NCBI GenBank assembly: GCA_963712235.1
Contig: CAVQHC010000009.1
Location: forward strand, 137,086-201,085
Direction of reading: 5' to 3'
Origin: an uncultured delta proteobacterium
Lineage (GTDB): Bacteria > Myxococcota_A > Polyangia > Polyangiales > Houyiibacteriaceae
Length of the DNA stretch: 64,000 nt
The position numbers and the translations under genes are program-made. The number at the start of each line of letters is the position of its first letter. The first letter of the stretch is position 1. The notes beneath the pieces were generated by a model that made no database searches, had not been told where the DNA came from, and saw only the letters and a program-made list of their open reading frames with translations. Below, piece by piece: positions 39,397 to 48,341 of this stretch.

Positions 39397-41793
39397 TTAG
39401 CCCGCGGCCGAACCTCTGGCAGGCGGGGCTTCCTCGGATTCGGCTTCGTCGAGCAGCTCGGACGGATCGTAGCTTCGCTCGAAATCGCAGGTCTCGTTGA
39501 CGCACTTGAGCTTCGGGTTCTTCTTGCCGCCCATGGCGACCAGGAAGTCGGTCCCGCAGGTCGGGCACTTCTGCCCAATTGGCTTCTGCCACACCCGGAA
39601 GTCACAGGGCTCCTCGGAGCGATAATTGGTGCAGCCGTAAAACGGGCGCCCGCGGCCCTTGGGCTTGATCGGGACGATGTCGCCCGTTTTGCACTTGGGG
39701 CACTTGTACCCAAGCGGCACCGCGCGAGTGTGCTTGCACTCCGGGTACTTCGAGCAGCCGAGGAACCAGCCGTTTCGGCCCCAGCGCTTCGTCATTTTCG
39801 CGCCGCACTCGTGGCAATCGTACTCGGTGAGCTCCGGCTCTTTGGGCTCTTCGATTTCGCCGTCGGGGCCGATGTTGAGCGTGTAGCGGCACTCTGGGTA
39901 TTTGGTGCAACCGATGAACGGCCCGTTGCGGCCCCAGCGCTTCACCAGCGGGTCACCGGACTCCGGACAGTTCTCGCCGATCTCGACCGGGTCGGGCCAC
40001 CACTTTCCCTTTTGCTCGACCGCGTGCGCAATCTGCGCCTGCAAGCGGTCGTGAAAGGGCTGAAGCACGTCGAGGCGTTTGGCCCGCGCCTCACCCACCG
40101 CATCGAGGTCCTCCTCGAGCTTGCGCGTGAAGCCGATGTCGGCGAGGTCGAACTTGTCGGCGACGAGCTTCTCGATGACCAGCGTCCCGAGCGGCGTCGG
40201 CACGAGCTTGTTGCCGTCCTTTTCGACGTACGAGCGCTGCTCGACCTTGCTGATGATTTCCGCGTAGGTGCTGGGGCGGCCGATGCCTTCTTCTTCGAGC
40301 TTCTTGACGAGCGTCGCCTCGGTAAAGAGAGGCGGCGGCTCGGTTTTTTTGTGATGCCCTTGAACGCCCGGCGGAATCACGACGTTCAAAGCCTCGCCCT
40401 CTTTGAGCTCGGGCAGAGTGTCGTCGTCGTCGGTTCGGTCCTCGGGGCTCGGCTCTTCGCCTGCAAGCTCGGTGGTCGCGCCATACACGGCCCGCCAGCC
40501 GGCAACCTTGAGGACGCTGCCACTCGCGCGAAGCCCGTAAATGTGGCTCTCCGACTTTGCCTCTATCTCGACACCCGTCTGGTCGAATACGGCCGGTGTC
40601 ATCTGCGACGCCACGAAGCGATCCCAAATGAGCTTGTAGAGCCGGCGCTGCGGGTCGGTCAGATACTTGCTGACCTCCTCGGGCGGCAAATCGAGACGCG
40701 TCGGACGAATCGCTTCGTGGGCGTCCTGAACGTTTTGCTTTTTCGTCTTGAAGACGGTCGGCTTCTCGGGCACCGAGTCCTTGCCGAACTTCTTGGCGAT
40801 GTACGCGCGGCAGTCGTTCACCGCGTCGGGCGAAAGGCGCACACTGTCGGTACGCATGTAGGTGATGAGCCCGACCGTTTCGGAGTTCTTGCCTCGCCCG
40901 AGGGTCATCCCTTCGTACAGTTGCTGCGCGATGCGCATCGTACGCTTCGGCGGCATGCTCAAACGGTTGGCCGCGTCCTGCTGTAGCTTCGAGGTCGTGT
41001 ATGGAGCCGGCGCCTTTCGCGACGCCTTGCGCTTGGTGATGGCCTTGACTGCGTAGTCGGCGACTTTGAGGTCCGACACGTAGCGCGCCGAGTCCTCCTC
41101 GCTGAGGACCGCGAGCCGCGACCCGACCTTGTCGAGCTTCTTGCCGTCGACGCTCTGCAGCAAGGCCATGAACGAATGGGGCTTCTCGCCCTTGAGCCGC
41201 GCTTCGACGAGCCAGTAGTCGACCGAAACGAACGCATCACGCTCGTGCTGGCGGTCGACGATGATTCGAAGCGCGGGCGTCTGAACACGCCCGGCCGAAA
41301 GCCCAAACGCAAGCTTCTTCCACAGGAGGCTCGAGAGCGGGTAACCGCCGATGCGGTCGAGCACGCGGCGGGTGCGCTGCGCCTCGTAGAGGTTCGAATC
41401 GAGCTCCCGCGGCTCGTCGAGGCCCTTTTGAACGCCGCGTTTGGTGATCTCTTCGAACAGGACGCGCTTGATTTCGGCTTCCTTGTTGGCCTTCTTCGCC
41501 ACCTCCATGAGGTGATAGGCAATCGCCTCCCCTTCGCGGTCGGGGTCGGTTGCGAGCAGGACCTTGTCGGCCTTCTTTGCCGCAGCTCGGATGGCCTTCA
41601 CGACCTCCGGTTTGCCCTTCTCCTCGAGCAGCTCGTAGGTTTCCTGGAAGCCCTTCTCGATGTCGACGCCGCCCTTCTTCGGGAGGTCCTTGATGTGGCC
41701 TTTGGACGCAAGGACCTCGTAGCCGTCGCCGACGTACTTCTTGATGGTCTTCGCCTTGGCAGGGGACTCCACGATGAGGAGGATTTTGGACAT
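39397..41793 (-). CDS. topA: DNA topoisomerase I with C-terminal zinc-ribbon repeats
   Basis: TOPRIM LLIVESPAKAKTIKKY...ATDPDREGE, active-site region ITYMRTDS, and several CxxC...CxxC zinc-ribbon units at the C-terminus. Confidence 0.93.
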   Translation of the reverse strand: MSKILLIVESPAKAKTIKKYVGDGYEVLASKGHIKDLPKKGGVDIEKGFQETYELLEEKGKPEVVKAIRAAAKKADKVLLATDPDREGEAIAYHLMEVAKKANKEAEIKRVLFEEITKRGVQKGLDEPRELDSNLYEAQRTRRVLDRIGGYPLSSLLWKKLAFGLSAGRVQTPALRIIVDRQHERDAFVSVDYWLVEARLKGEKPHSFMALLQSVDGKKLDKVGSRLAVLSEEDSARYVSDLKVADYAVKAITKRKASRKAPAPYTTSKLQQDAANRLSMPPKRTMRIAQQLYEGMTLGRGKNSETVGLITYMRTDSVRLSPDAVNDCRAYIAKKFGKDSVPEKPTVFKTKKQNVQDAHEAIRPTRLDLPPEEVSKYLTDPQRRLYKLIWDRFVASQMTPAVFDQTGVEIEAKSESHIYGLRASGSVLKVAGWRAVYGATTELAGEEPSPEDRTDDDDTLPELKEGEALNVVIPPGVQGHHKKTEPPPLFTEATLVKKLEEEGIGRPSTYAEIISKVEQRSYVEKDGNKLVPTPLGTLVIEKLVADKFDLADIGFTRKLEEDLDAVGEARAKRLDVLQPFHDRLQAQIAHAVEQKGKWWPDPVEIGENCPESGDPLVKRWGRNGPFIGCTKYPECRYTLNIGPDGEIEEPKEPELTEYDCHECGAKMTKRWGRNGWFLGCSKYPECKHTRAVPLGYKCPKCKTGDIVPIKPKGRGRPFYGCTNYRSEEPCDFRVWQKPIGQKCPTCGTDFLVAMGGKKNPKLKCVNETCDFERSYDPSELLDEAESEEAPPARGSAAG

Positions 41794-41802
41794 CGATCTC
41801 CT

Positions 41803-42720
41803 TTAGTAAGGCTGGCTCCCAGTTCGGCAACGTTGATACCGGCCGCCGGGCCTCTCCTCGATCAGCCCCCGAACGAGCAGCCGGAGAATAGACTGCTGGA
41901 CCTCGAACGCGGCAATTCCGGTCCGTTGGCAAAGGTCCTCCGGATGGCGGGCCCGGCCCCCCAGGGAGAGGAGAATCGTTTGTTCTGGCTGGCTCAAGTT
42001 GTTGAGATCGTGAGTTTTTTTCGTTTTCTTCGGAGACTCGGGCAATCGTCCGCTCCCCGTCAGCGCCGTCTCCGATAGGACATCGGCGGTACGCGCGCAA
42101 ATCCTCGCCCCCTTTAAAAGGAGGCTGAGATTGCCGGAACCACGTGGATCCCAAGGGGAAGCCGGCACCGCAAAAACAGGCCGGCCGAGCCTCTGGGCGA
42201 ACCGCGCGGTCGAGAGCGCGCCCGACCGGGAGGGGGCCTGAACGACGATCGTCGAGCGCCCGAGCGCCGCAATCAAACGGTTGCGCGTGAGGAAACGCCC
42301 CGGCTGCGCGTCGGCTCCATCTTCGACTTCGGTGAGCAGACAGCCGGCCTGGCAGACCCGCCTAAACAGATCGTGATTCGCACGTGGATACGGCGCATCG
42401 AGCCCAGTTGGCAGAACGACGACTGTAGCCCCTCCCCCATCGATGGCCCCCTCGTGCGCAGCCCGATCGATCCCAACCGCCCCCCCCGAGACGACGGTGA
42501 ACCCATGGAGCATGGCCTCACGCGCAAGCGAATACGCGAAGTCGAGCGCCTCGTCATCAGCCCGCCGAGTCCCGACGACCGAAATCGCCCGCCGAAGATC
42601 CGGCAGGTCCCCAACCACTCTGAGCTCCTCGGGCGCATCGGAGAGGTCTCGCAGTCCAGCAGGAAATCCCGCACAAGCAGAAGTCAGCAGCCGAGCACGC
42701 GTCGAAAGCCCCCCAAGCAT
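41803..42720 (-). CDS. dprA: DNA-processing protein DprA (Smf)
   Basis: ISVVGTRRADDEALDFAYSLA...VVSGGAVGIDRAAHEGA...NRLIAALGRSTIVVQAPSRSGAL, plus a C-terminal winged-helix region. Confidence 0.85.
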   Translation of the reverse strand: MLGGLSTRARLLTSACAGFPAGLRDLSDAPEELRVVGDLPDLRRAISVVGTRRADDEALDFAYSLAREAMLHGFTVVSGGAVGIDRAAHEGAIDGGGATVVVLPTGLDAPYPRANHDLFRRVCQAGCLLTEVEDGADAQPGRFLTRNRLIAALGRSTIVVQAPSRSGALSTARFAQRLGRPVFAVPASPWDPRGSGNLSLLLKGARICARTADVLSETALTGSGRLPESPKKTKKTHDLNNLSQPEQTILLSLGGRARHPEDLCQRTGIAAFEVQQSILRLLVRGLIEERPGGRYQRCRTGSQPY

Positions 42721-42985
42721 TGCCCGAGTATCGACCAGCCGGCGACATCGTTGCGCGGTGCCCGAGAAGGACCGAAACGCGAATACCTCTAGTTTATGTT
42801 TCGGGGAGGACGGGCGAACCCTGCCGATCCCGAATTACGTGGTTCTATTCCTTAGGCCGACTTCGCCTTGCACTGCGTCAGGCGAACTAGAGTCATCTGG
42901 CGGGTCGCGTTGGCCATCGCTTGCTGCCGCATCGCGTCTATGGGCCACAAGCGACCAGCGCCAGTCGAGCTCGTTGAAGCTTGGC

Positions 42986-44197
42986 TCAGGGGAGCGGTAT
43001 GAAGTCCTCCACGATGTCGCTCCAAAACGGCCTCTTCTTCACGAAGTCGTCGGTCCACTCGTTGAGCAGGACGCCGTCCGCATCCTGGCTGTAAAAGCGG
43101 GGCGACTGGAGCGCCGTGTGCGAGCTGTCACCGCTGACGATGAAGGTCTTGTAGCGGTCGGGGTACGCAGCGTTGAGCGCGCCGTGCTGGGTGAGTATTA
43201 GACCGCGATACTCAACCTGTGACAGTCCGAATATCCCATTCGCCGGGTCGAAGGGAACGACCGGTGGAAAGCCGGGAAGGTTCGCACTGGCAAAGCCGAT
43301 GTTGGTCCCGTCCGCGTCGGTCTCGTAGAACGCTTCCCGGATGGTCCGGTCGTTTTCCAGCCGCCAGTCGACGATCGCCGTTTGCTGGCCAAACGCGCTG
43401 CACGCGGTGCAACTCGCAGGGTAGAACTGCGCGAACTGCCAATCATTGTCCCGCGCAGCGACCGCGTCTTGGGCAGCCAGATTGATTGCGATCGGGCCCG
43501 CGTCGTTGAAGACGGTGAGATGTGTGTTGTTCCCGTATTGGAAGCGTGCCAGGAAAGGTGCAAACGCTGCCGCGCCGACGCCTCCGGCGCTCGAGCCCGC
43601 GACCGTGATCGTGCTGGCATTCGGAAACGCCGCTTTGCCGACGTCCATGCCAGCGCTGAGGTTGCGCAGGCCGCGATGGTGTCGCACTCCCCCGGGGAAG
43701 CTCGCATCGTTGTCCACGGTGTTGTCGCCGCCGAAAACAGATCCGTCGCAGTACGGCATGTACACAATCGAGTAGTTTCTAAACGGGTTGTCCTTGGAGT
43801 CGAAGTCCCAGATTCCGACCCTGCCCACGGGTGGCTCCTGGTCTTCGGAGAGGAAGTTGCACCGGGTGAAGCCCTGCCAGCAAGCGCCGCCACCTTGAAG
43901 GAGAATGAGCAGCTTGGCCGGGTTCCCCTCTCGGGTGAACACCGAGTAGGGCGTGCCTGCGATGCAGATGGGACCGTTGCCGCCGTCGGGGTCGAACGAG
44001 TGCTTGACCCATCCGTCACCGACGTCCTCCGAACCGGCCGGCGTGAAGGCGCCCAAGTACTTGTCGACGCCAACGTCACGGAGCTCGTCCTCCGCCTCTT
44101 GAGTGAGACCCCTGTTCTTGGAGTCGCCTTCCGCGCCCGTTGGCACGAGGACGGCGAGTGACAGAGCCAACAGCCCCAGCGTGAAGTTGAAACGCAT
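42986..44197 (-). CDS. secreted pectin-acetylesterase/Notum-like family esterase
   Basis: Signal peptide (LLALSLAVLVPTGAEG). LLILLQGGGACWQG, YMPYCDGSVFGGD and VAGSSAGGVGA (GxSxG) resemble the PAE family. Confidence 0.65.
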   Translation of the reverse strand: MRFNFTLGLLALSLAVLVPTGAEGDSKNRGLTQEAEDELRDVGVDKYLGAFTPAGSEDVGDGWVKHSFDPDGGNGPICIAGTPYSVFTREGNPAKLLILLQGGGACWQGFTRCNFLSEDQEPPVGRVGIWDFDSKDNPFRNYSIVYMPYCDGSVFGGDNTVDNDASFPGGVRHHRGLRNLSAGMDVGKAAFPNASTITVAGSSAGGVGAAAFAPFLARFQYGNNTHLTVFNDAGPIAINLAAQDAVAARDNDWQFAQFYPASCTACSAFGQQTAIVDWRLENDRTIREAFYETDADGTNIGFASANLPGFPPVVPFDPANGIFGLSQVEYRGLILTQHGALNAAYPDRYKTFIVSGDSSHTALQSPRFYSQDADGVLLNEWTDDFVKKRPFWSDIVEDFIPLP

Positions 44198-44582
44198 GCT
44201 TATCTCCTTGTGCCCGAATTCAGAGGCACTCTGGTTGATGCCGTCAATGGCGGAAGCGCAATGTCTAACGATTCGCTCCTCCCTGTCAATGCCGCTCGCG
44301 CGCTCTTTACGTGCGCGACGGTGACATCGTGAACGACAAGTGGGCGGGCACCTGGTTCAGCCAATGTCCGATTCCGGCTAGGACGACAAACCGCCGCGAG
44401 GTGTCTGCAGTTCGTCGTCCGGGACGATGACACGTTGCGTCTAGTCAACTACTCGTCACGCGCACGCGCACGATCGGGCCTTCCAATTCCTGAGTGACTG
44501 CGGCATTCTCACGCGGTCCGTCACGGTGGCGCACCACCCCCGCCGCCCATCGCCTCATACATTCCAGACCCGGAGACTCGAT

Positions 44583-47402
44583 ATGAAACGCCGCATTGGT
44601 TTCGTTGCAGCCATGACTGCGATGGTTGCTTTGACAAGTGTTGACGCCTCCGCGAAGTCCGGCACTGAGGTGCTCGACCTTCCGGGCCTCAAGAGCTCCG
44701 TTCGCGTGATTCGAGACACCGACGGGATTCCCCACATCTACGCGAACAACGCGAGAGATGCGGCGCTGGTTCAAGGCTACGTGATGGCATCCGACCGGCT
44801 CTTTCAGATGGACTTGTCTCGACGCGCGGCGACCGGCACGCTCGCCGAGCTTTTCGGCAGCGCGGTTCTGGGCGACGACGTGCAAGCGCGAACCATTGGG
44901 CTCCGGCGAGCTGCAGAGCGCACGCTGCCGGCGCTCTCGCCAGAAACGCAAGAGCTGCTCGAAGCCTTCGCCCAAGGCGTCAACGCCTGGGTTGCAGCAA
45001 ACCCGCTACCACCGGAGTACGGGGCGCTCGAGCTGACGCAGTTCGAGGAGTGGATTCCCGAGGATTCCGTCGTCATTGCCAAAGGGTTGGCCTTCCAACT
45101 GTCTTTTGATCTCGACATCAACAACACGATCACGTTTCGGACCTACGCGGGGACCGGCGCTGCCCTTGGTTTCGATGGCGTCGCCCTCTTCTTCGAAGAT
45201 ATCTTTCGGTCGGCGCCCTTCGATCCGGCCACCACGGTGCCCGATGCAATGATGGCGAGCATGACACCCGACCTTTCGGGAACCGCATTGGCAAGTGCGT
45301 CGATGAGCTCTCCGGGGGATCTCTTGTCCAAACGCTACGTGGAGCGGATCAAAGATATGCCCTTCTTCCAGGACGCGCTTCGCCCGTCTGAGCGCGTCAA
45401 GGGAAGTAATGAATGGGGCGTCTCCGGCGACTACACGACGACCGGGCGCCCACTCATCGCCAACGATCCTCATTTGGCGCTCAACACACCTGCCACGTTC
45501 TACCAGAACCATCTCATCACTTCGAAAGACAAACTCGATGTGCACGGCAGCAGCGTCCCAGGTGTCCCGCTGATCGTCCAAGGGCAAAACGCATACATCA
45601 CATGGGGCTCCACCGTGAACCCGGCCGACGTTACAGACACGTACGAAGAGCAGGTGGTGCCGTGCGCGACGTCCGCGGCTGGCCTGTGTACGATTTATCT
45701 CGGCGAACAAGAACCGATCGTCCCCGTTCCCGTCGAGTTTCGCGTGAACTTGCTCGACGGCATGCCCGATAACGTGGTCCCCGTGCCGCCCGGTGGCGGC
45801 ATCCCTCCGGTCGTACTGATCGTTCCGCGTCGCAACAATGGCCCGATCGTCGACCTCGACTTGACGACGGGCACCGCGATCAGCGTCCAGTACACGGGCT
45901 TCTCTGCGACGCGCGAGATCGACTGCTTCCGCATCTGGAACTCTGCCAAGAACCTCGATGACTTCCGCGAGGGGCTCCAGTTCTTCGACGTGGGCTCGCA
46001 GAACTGGGCGTACGGCGACATCGACGGCAACATCGCCTATTTCACGAGCGCCGAAATCCCGATTCGCGAGGACCTGCAGGCAGAGATGATCAACGTCGAA
46101 CGGCTGCCGACCTTCCTTCGGGACGGCACGGGCGGCAACGAGTGGCTTCCTGTCCAGAACCCGCAGCCTGGGCAGGCGATCCCCTATGAAATCCTGCCGA
46201 TGGGGGAGATGCCTCAGATCATCAATCCGCCCTACTTCATCAACGCCAACAACGACCCCGCTGGAGTTACTCTCGACAACGACCCGTTCAACCAATTGCG
46301 ACCAGGCGGCGGCATCTACTACCTGGAGTACACCTACGCGGACGGCACGCGCGCCGGACGCATCACGCAAGCGCTCGAAGACAAGCTCGCGATGGGAGAT
46401 GTCAGCTTCGAAGACATGCAGGAGATCCAAGCCGATGTCGTGCTTCTCGATGCGCAGGTCTTCACGCCCTACATCCTCGCTGCGTTCGACAACGCCACCA
46501 ATGGCTCCGCGCCCGTCGAGCTCGCGGATCTGGCCGGAGACCCGCGGGTCGCGGAGGCGATCGGCCGCTTGGCCGATTGGGGCTTCAACACACCGACCGG
46601 CGTCGAAACAGGTTATGACTCCAGCGACGTTGACGGCGTTTTCTCGTCGCCGACTGACGACGAGATTGCAGATAGCATTGCCGCCACCATCTACTCGGTC
46701 TGGCGCGGCCAGGCGCTGGCAAATATCATTGCGGGCACGCTTGCCCCATTCGGTCTCGGTACCCCGTCGAGCTCGAGCTCGGTCAAAGCGCTCCGCAACC
46801 TGCTGGACAACTTCGACACCAACCAGGGCTTCGGTGCCTCTGGGCTCAACTTCTTCGAGGTGCCAGGCCTGCCGGATGCCGATGACCGGCGCGACGTTTT
46901 GCTCTTGCAAAGCCTCGTCGATGCGCTCGACCTGCTGGCTGGTCCGAACTTCTCGGCAGCCTTCGGGGGCTCGAGCAACCAGGAGGACTACCGATGGGGG
47001 CGCCTGCACCGCATCGTATTCGACAGCCCACTTGGCGGGCCGTTCAACATCCCGCCGGCCGCTGGCATTTCACCCTCATTCCCAGACCTAGACGGGGTGG
47101 CCACCGACGGCGGCTTTGGTGTCGTCGATGCATCGAGTCATTCGGCCTACGCGGATAATAGCGAGCGCTTTCGGTTCGGCTCAGGCCCGAATCGGCGCTA
47201 CGTAGGCGAGCTCGGGACAAAGCGCGGCTCGATTCGTGGAGAGACAATCCTTCCCGGCGGCGACAGTGGAGTGCTAGGAAGCCCATTCTACGGCAACCTT
47301 CTGCCGCGCTGGCTCACCAACGACACCTACGACATCCGCTTCAAACGAGGCGATGTGAACAGGGCGGCAGCCATCAAGACCGTCTTTGTTCCAGCGAAAT
47401 AG
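44583..47402 (+). CDS. penicillin/AHL-acylase family Ntn-hydrolase (peptidase S45), secreted
   Basis: Signal peptide MKRRIGFVAAMTAMVALTSVDASA. IPHIYANNARDAALVQGYVMASDRLFQMD. Autoprocessing site KGSNEWGVSG (Ser nucleophile) followed by ANDPHL. Start chosen at the internal ATG at 44583. Confidence 0.85.
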   Translation: MKRRIGFVAAMTAMVALTSVDASAKSGTEVLDLPGLKSSVRVIRDTDGIPHIYANNARDAALVQGYVMASDRLFQMDLSRRAATGTLAELFGSAVLGDDVQARTIGLRRAAERTLPALSPETQELLEAFAQGVNAWVAANPLPPEYGALELTQFEEWIPEDSVVIAKGLAFQLSFDLDINNTITFRTYAGTGAALGFDGVALFFEDIFRSAPFDPATTVPDAMMASMTPDLSGTALASASMSSPGDLLSKRYVERIKDMPFFQDALRPSERVKGSNEWGVSGDYTTTGRPLIANDPHLALNTPATFYQNHLITSKDKLDVHGSSVPGVPLIVQGQNAYITWGSTVNPADVTDTYEEQVVPCATSAAGLCTIYLGEQEPIVPVPVEFRVNLLDGMPDNVVPVPPGGGIPPVVLIVPRRNNGPIVDLDLTTGTAISVQYTGFSATREIDCFRIWNSAKNLDDFREGLQFFDVGSQNWAYGDIDGNIAYFTSAEIPIREDLQAEMINVERLPTFLRDGTGGNEWLPVQNPQPGQAIPYEILPMGEMPQIINPPYFINANNDPAGVTLDNDPFNQLRPGGGIYYLEYTYADGTRAGRITQALEDKLAMGDVSFEDMQEIQADVVLLDAQVFTPYILAAFDNATNGSAPVELADLAGDPRVAEAIGRLADWGFNTPTGVETGYDSSDVDGVFSSPTDDEIADSIAATIYSVWRGQALANIIAGTLAPFGLGTPSSSSSVKALRNLLDNFDTNQGFGASGLNFFEVPGLPDADDRRDVLLLQSLVDALDLLAGPNFSAAFGGSSNQEDYRWGRLHRIVFDSPLGGPFNIPPAAGISPSFPDLDGVATDGGFGVVDASSHSAYADNSERFRFGSGPNRRYVGELGTKRGSIRGETILPGGDSGVLGSPFYGNLLPRWLTNDTYDIRFKRGDVNRAAAIKTVFVPAK

Positions 47403-47690
47403 CACGACCTTCCGGTCCCAGGTCGCAACCTTCCCACGTGGGTAACGACCGTCCCACGTTGAACTGTGAACATGATCCGTGGCCGGGCGTGGAGCGCGAA
47501 CAGCTCAGCCGCACAGCGCAGAAAAGAGCTCATCCGTCAAGGCAAAGCACGATGGTTTCTGCGGAGAGGTCGCCCTTCTTTTCACGCGATCCAGCCGAAC
47601 CCCGGAACGCTGGCACTGACACTGACACTGCCCTACGGCCACGGCCCTCCGGCCACCGTCCACCACTCCGGCCCACCCTCCTCGAAGCCC

Positions 47691-47993
47691 TCAGCTCTCG
47701 GTGCGGTTCTTCTCGAACGCGGCCTGCTGCTCCGGCGTAGCGTCGGTTTGGTACTTCGCTTTCCACTCGGCGTACGGCATGCCGTAGATAATCTTCCGCG
47801 CACCCGCTTTGTCGAGGCTCATGCCTTTTGCTTCGGCCGCCTCCTGATACCAGCGCGACATGCAGTTCCGGCAGAAGCCGGCGAGGTCCATGAGGGCGAT
47901 GTTCTGCACGTCGGTTCGCTCCCGAAGATGCGCGACCAGCGTTCGGAACGCCGCGGCTTCGAGCTCGGTTCTCGTCTGTTCGTCTAACTCCAT
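47691..47993 (-). CDS. DUF1244-family small protein
   Basis: ELEAAAFRTLVAHLRERTDVQNIALMDLAGFCRNCMSRWYQEAA...IIYGMPYAEWKAKYQ matches my recollection of the DUF1244 family. Confidence 0.7.
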   Translation of the reverse strand: MELDEQTRTELEAAAFRTLVAHLRERTDVQNIALMDLAGFCRNCMSRWYQEAAEAKGMSLDKAGARKIIYGMPYAEWKAKYQTDATPEQQAAFEKNRTES

Positions 47994-48007
47994 GGAGCAT
48001 AACCTAA

Positions 48008-48275
48008 GGCCGTCAGCCGCCGAACGCCACGGGCATTCCGAATAGCCAAGTGCTCAACCAACCGTCCGAACACGGTGTGGCGACCAAACGGCCCGGCACG
48101 TTGACCAACGACTTCCTCGTGAATCTGCTCGACATGAACACGACGTGGCAACCGGATGAGGGGGCACACGGTGCATGTCCGACGCAAGGCATGCGTCTCT
48201 GGAAACGTTTGGCGCAGACGATTCGCGTTCGCCCGAGATGTCCGGTGCGCCAGCGCCAAATTAAACTGCTTTTTT
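48008..48275 (+). pseudogene. decayed 3'-terminal relic of a second katG gene (last ~90 codons, multiple frame changes)
   Basis: Frame a: [35 protein letters not shown], against the intact copy's [31 protein letters not shown]. Frame b: LETFGADDS (cf. AELYAYDQQ). Frame c: [15 protein letters not shown] (cf. [15 protein letters not shown]). There is no upstream katG sequence; the position is occupied by the DUF1244 gene on the other strand. Confidence 0.7.
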
Positions 48276-48341
48276 GGGGCGTATCCAGCGACGTCGCACG
48301 ATGGTACGAGGATCGCATGCATCCGTTGGTGGAGGTTCGCC

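Noticed and set aside
35125-42720. dprA-topA-trmFO-xerC-hslVU block as a candidate novel system
   Set aside because: This is a known conserved housekeeping synteny in several bacterial lineages. All six genes look canonical and intact.
42862-42886. Inverted repeat TTCGCCT-N11-AGGCGAA downstream of the esterase gene, and CGCTTTT-N17-AAAAGCG at 59644..59674 between lysR and ndh, as rho-independent terminators
   Set aside because: The stems are short and neither is followed by a convincing U-tract on the relevant strand. This is too weak to annotate as a feature without folding-energy calculation or RNA-seq 3' ends.
47403-47690. Possible small gene or ncRNA in the 288-nt gap after the acylase gene (track ORF 47438..47740)
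   Set aside because: The translation is low-complexity (Pro/Arg/Ser-rich) and overlaps the DUF1244 3' end. I could fold no conserved RNA motif by eye.
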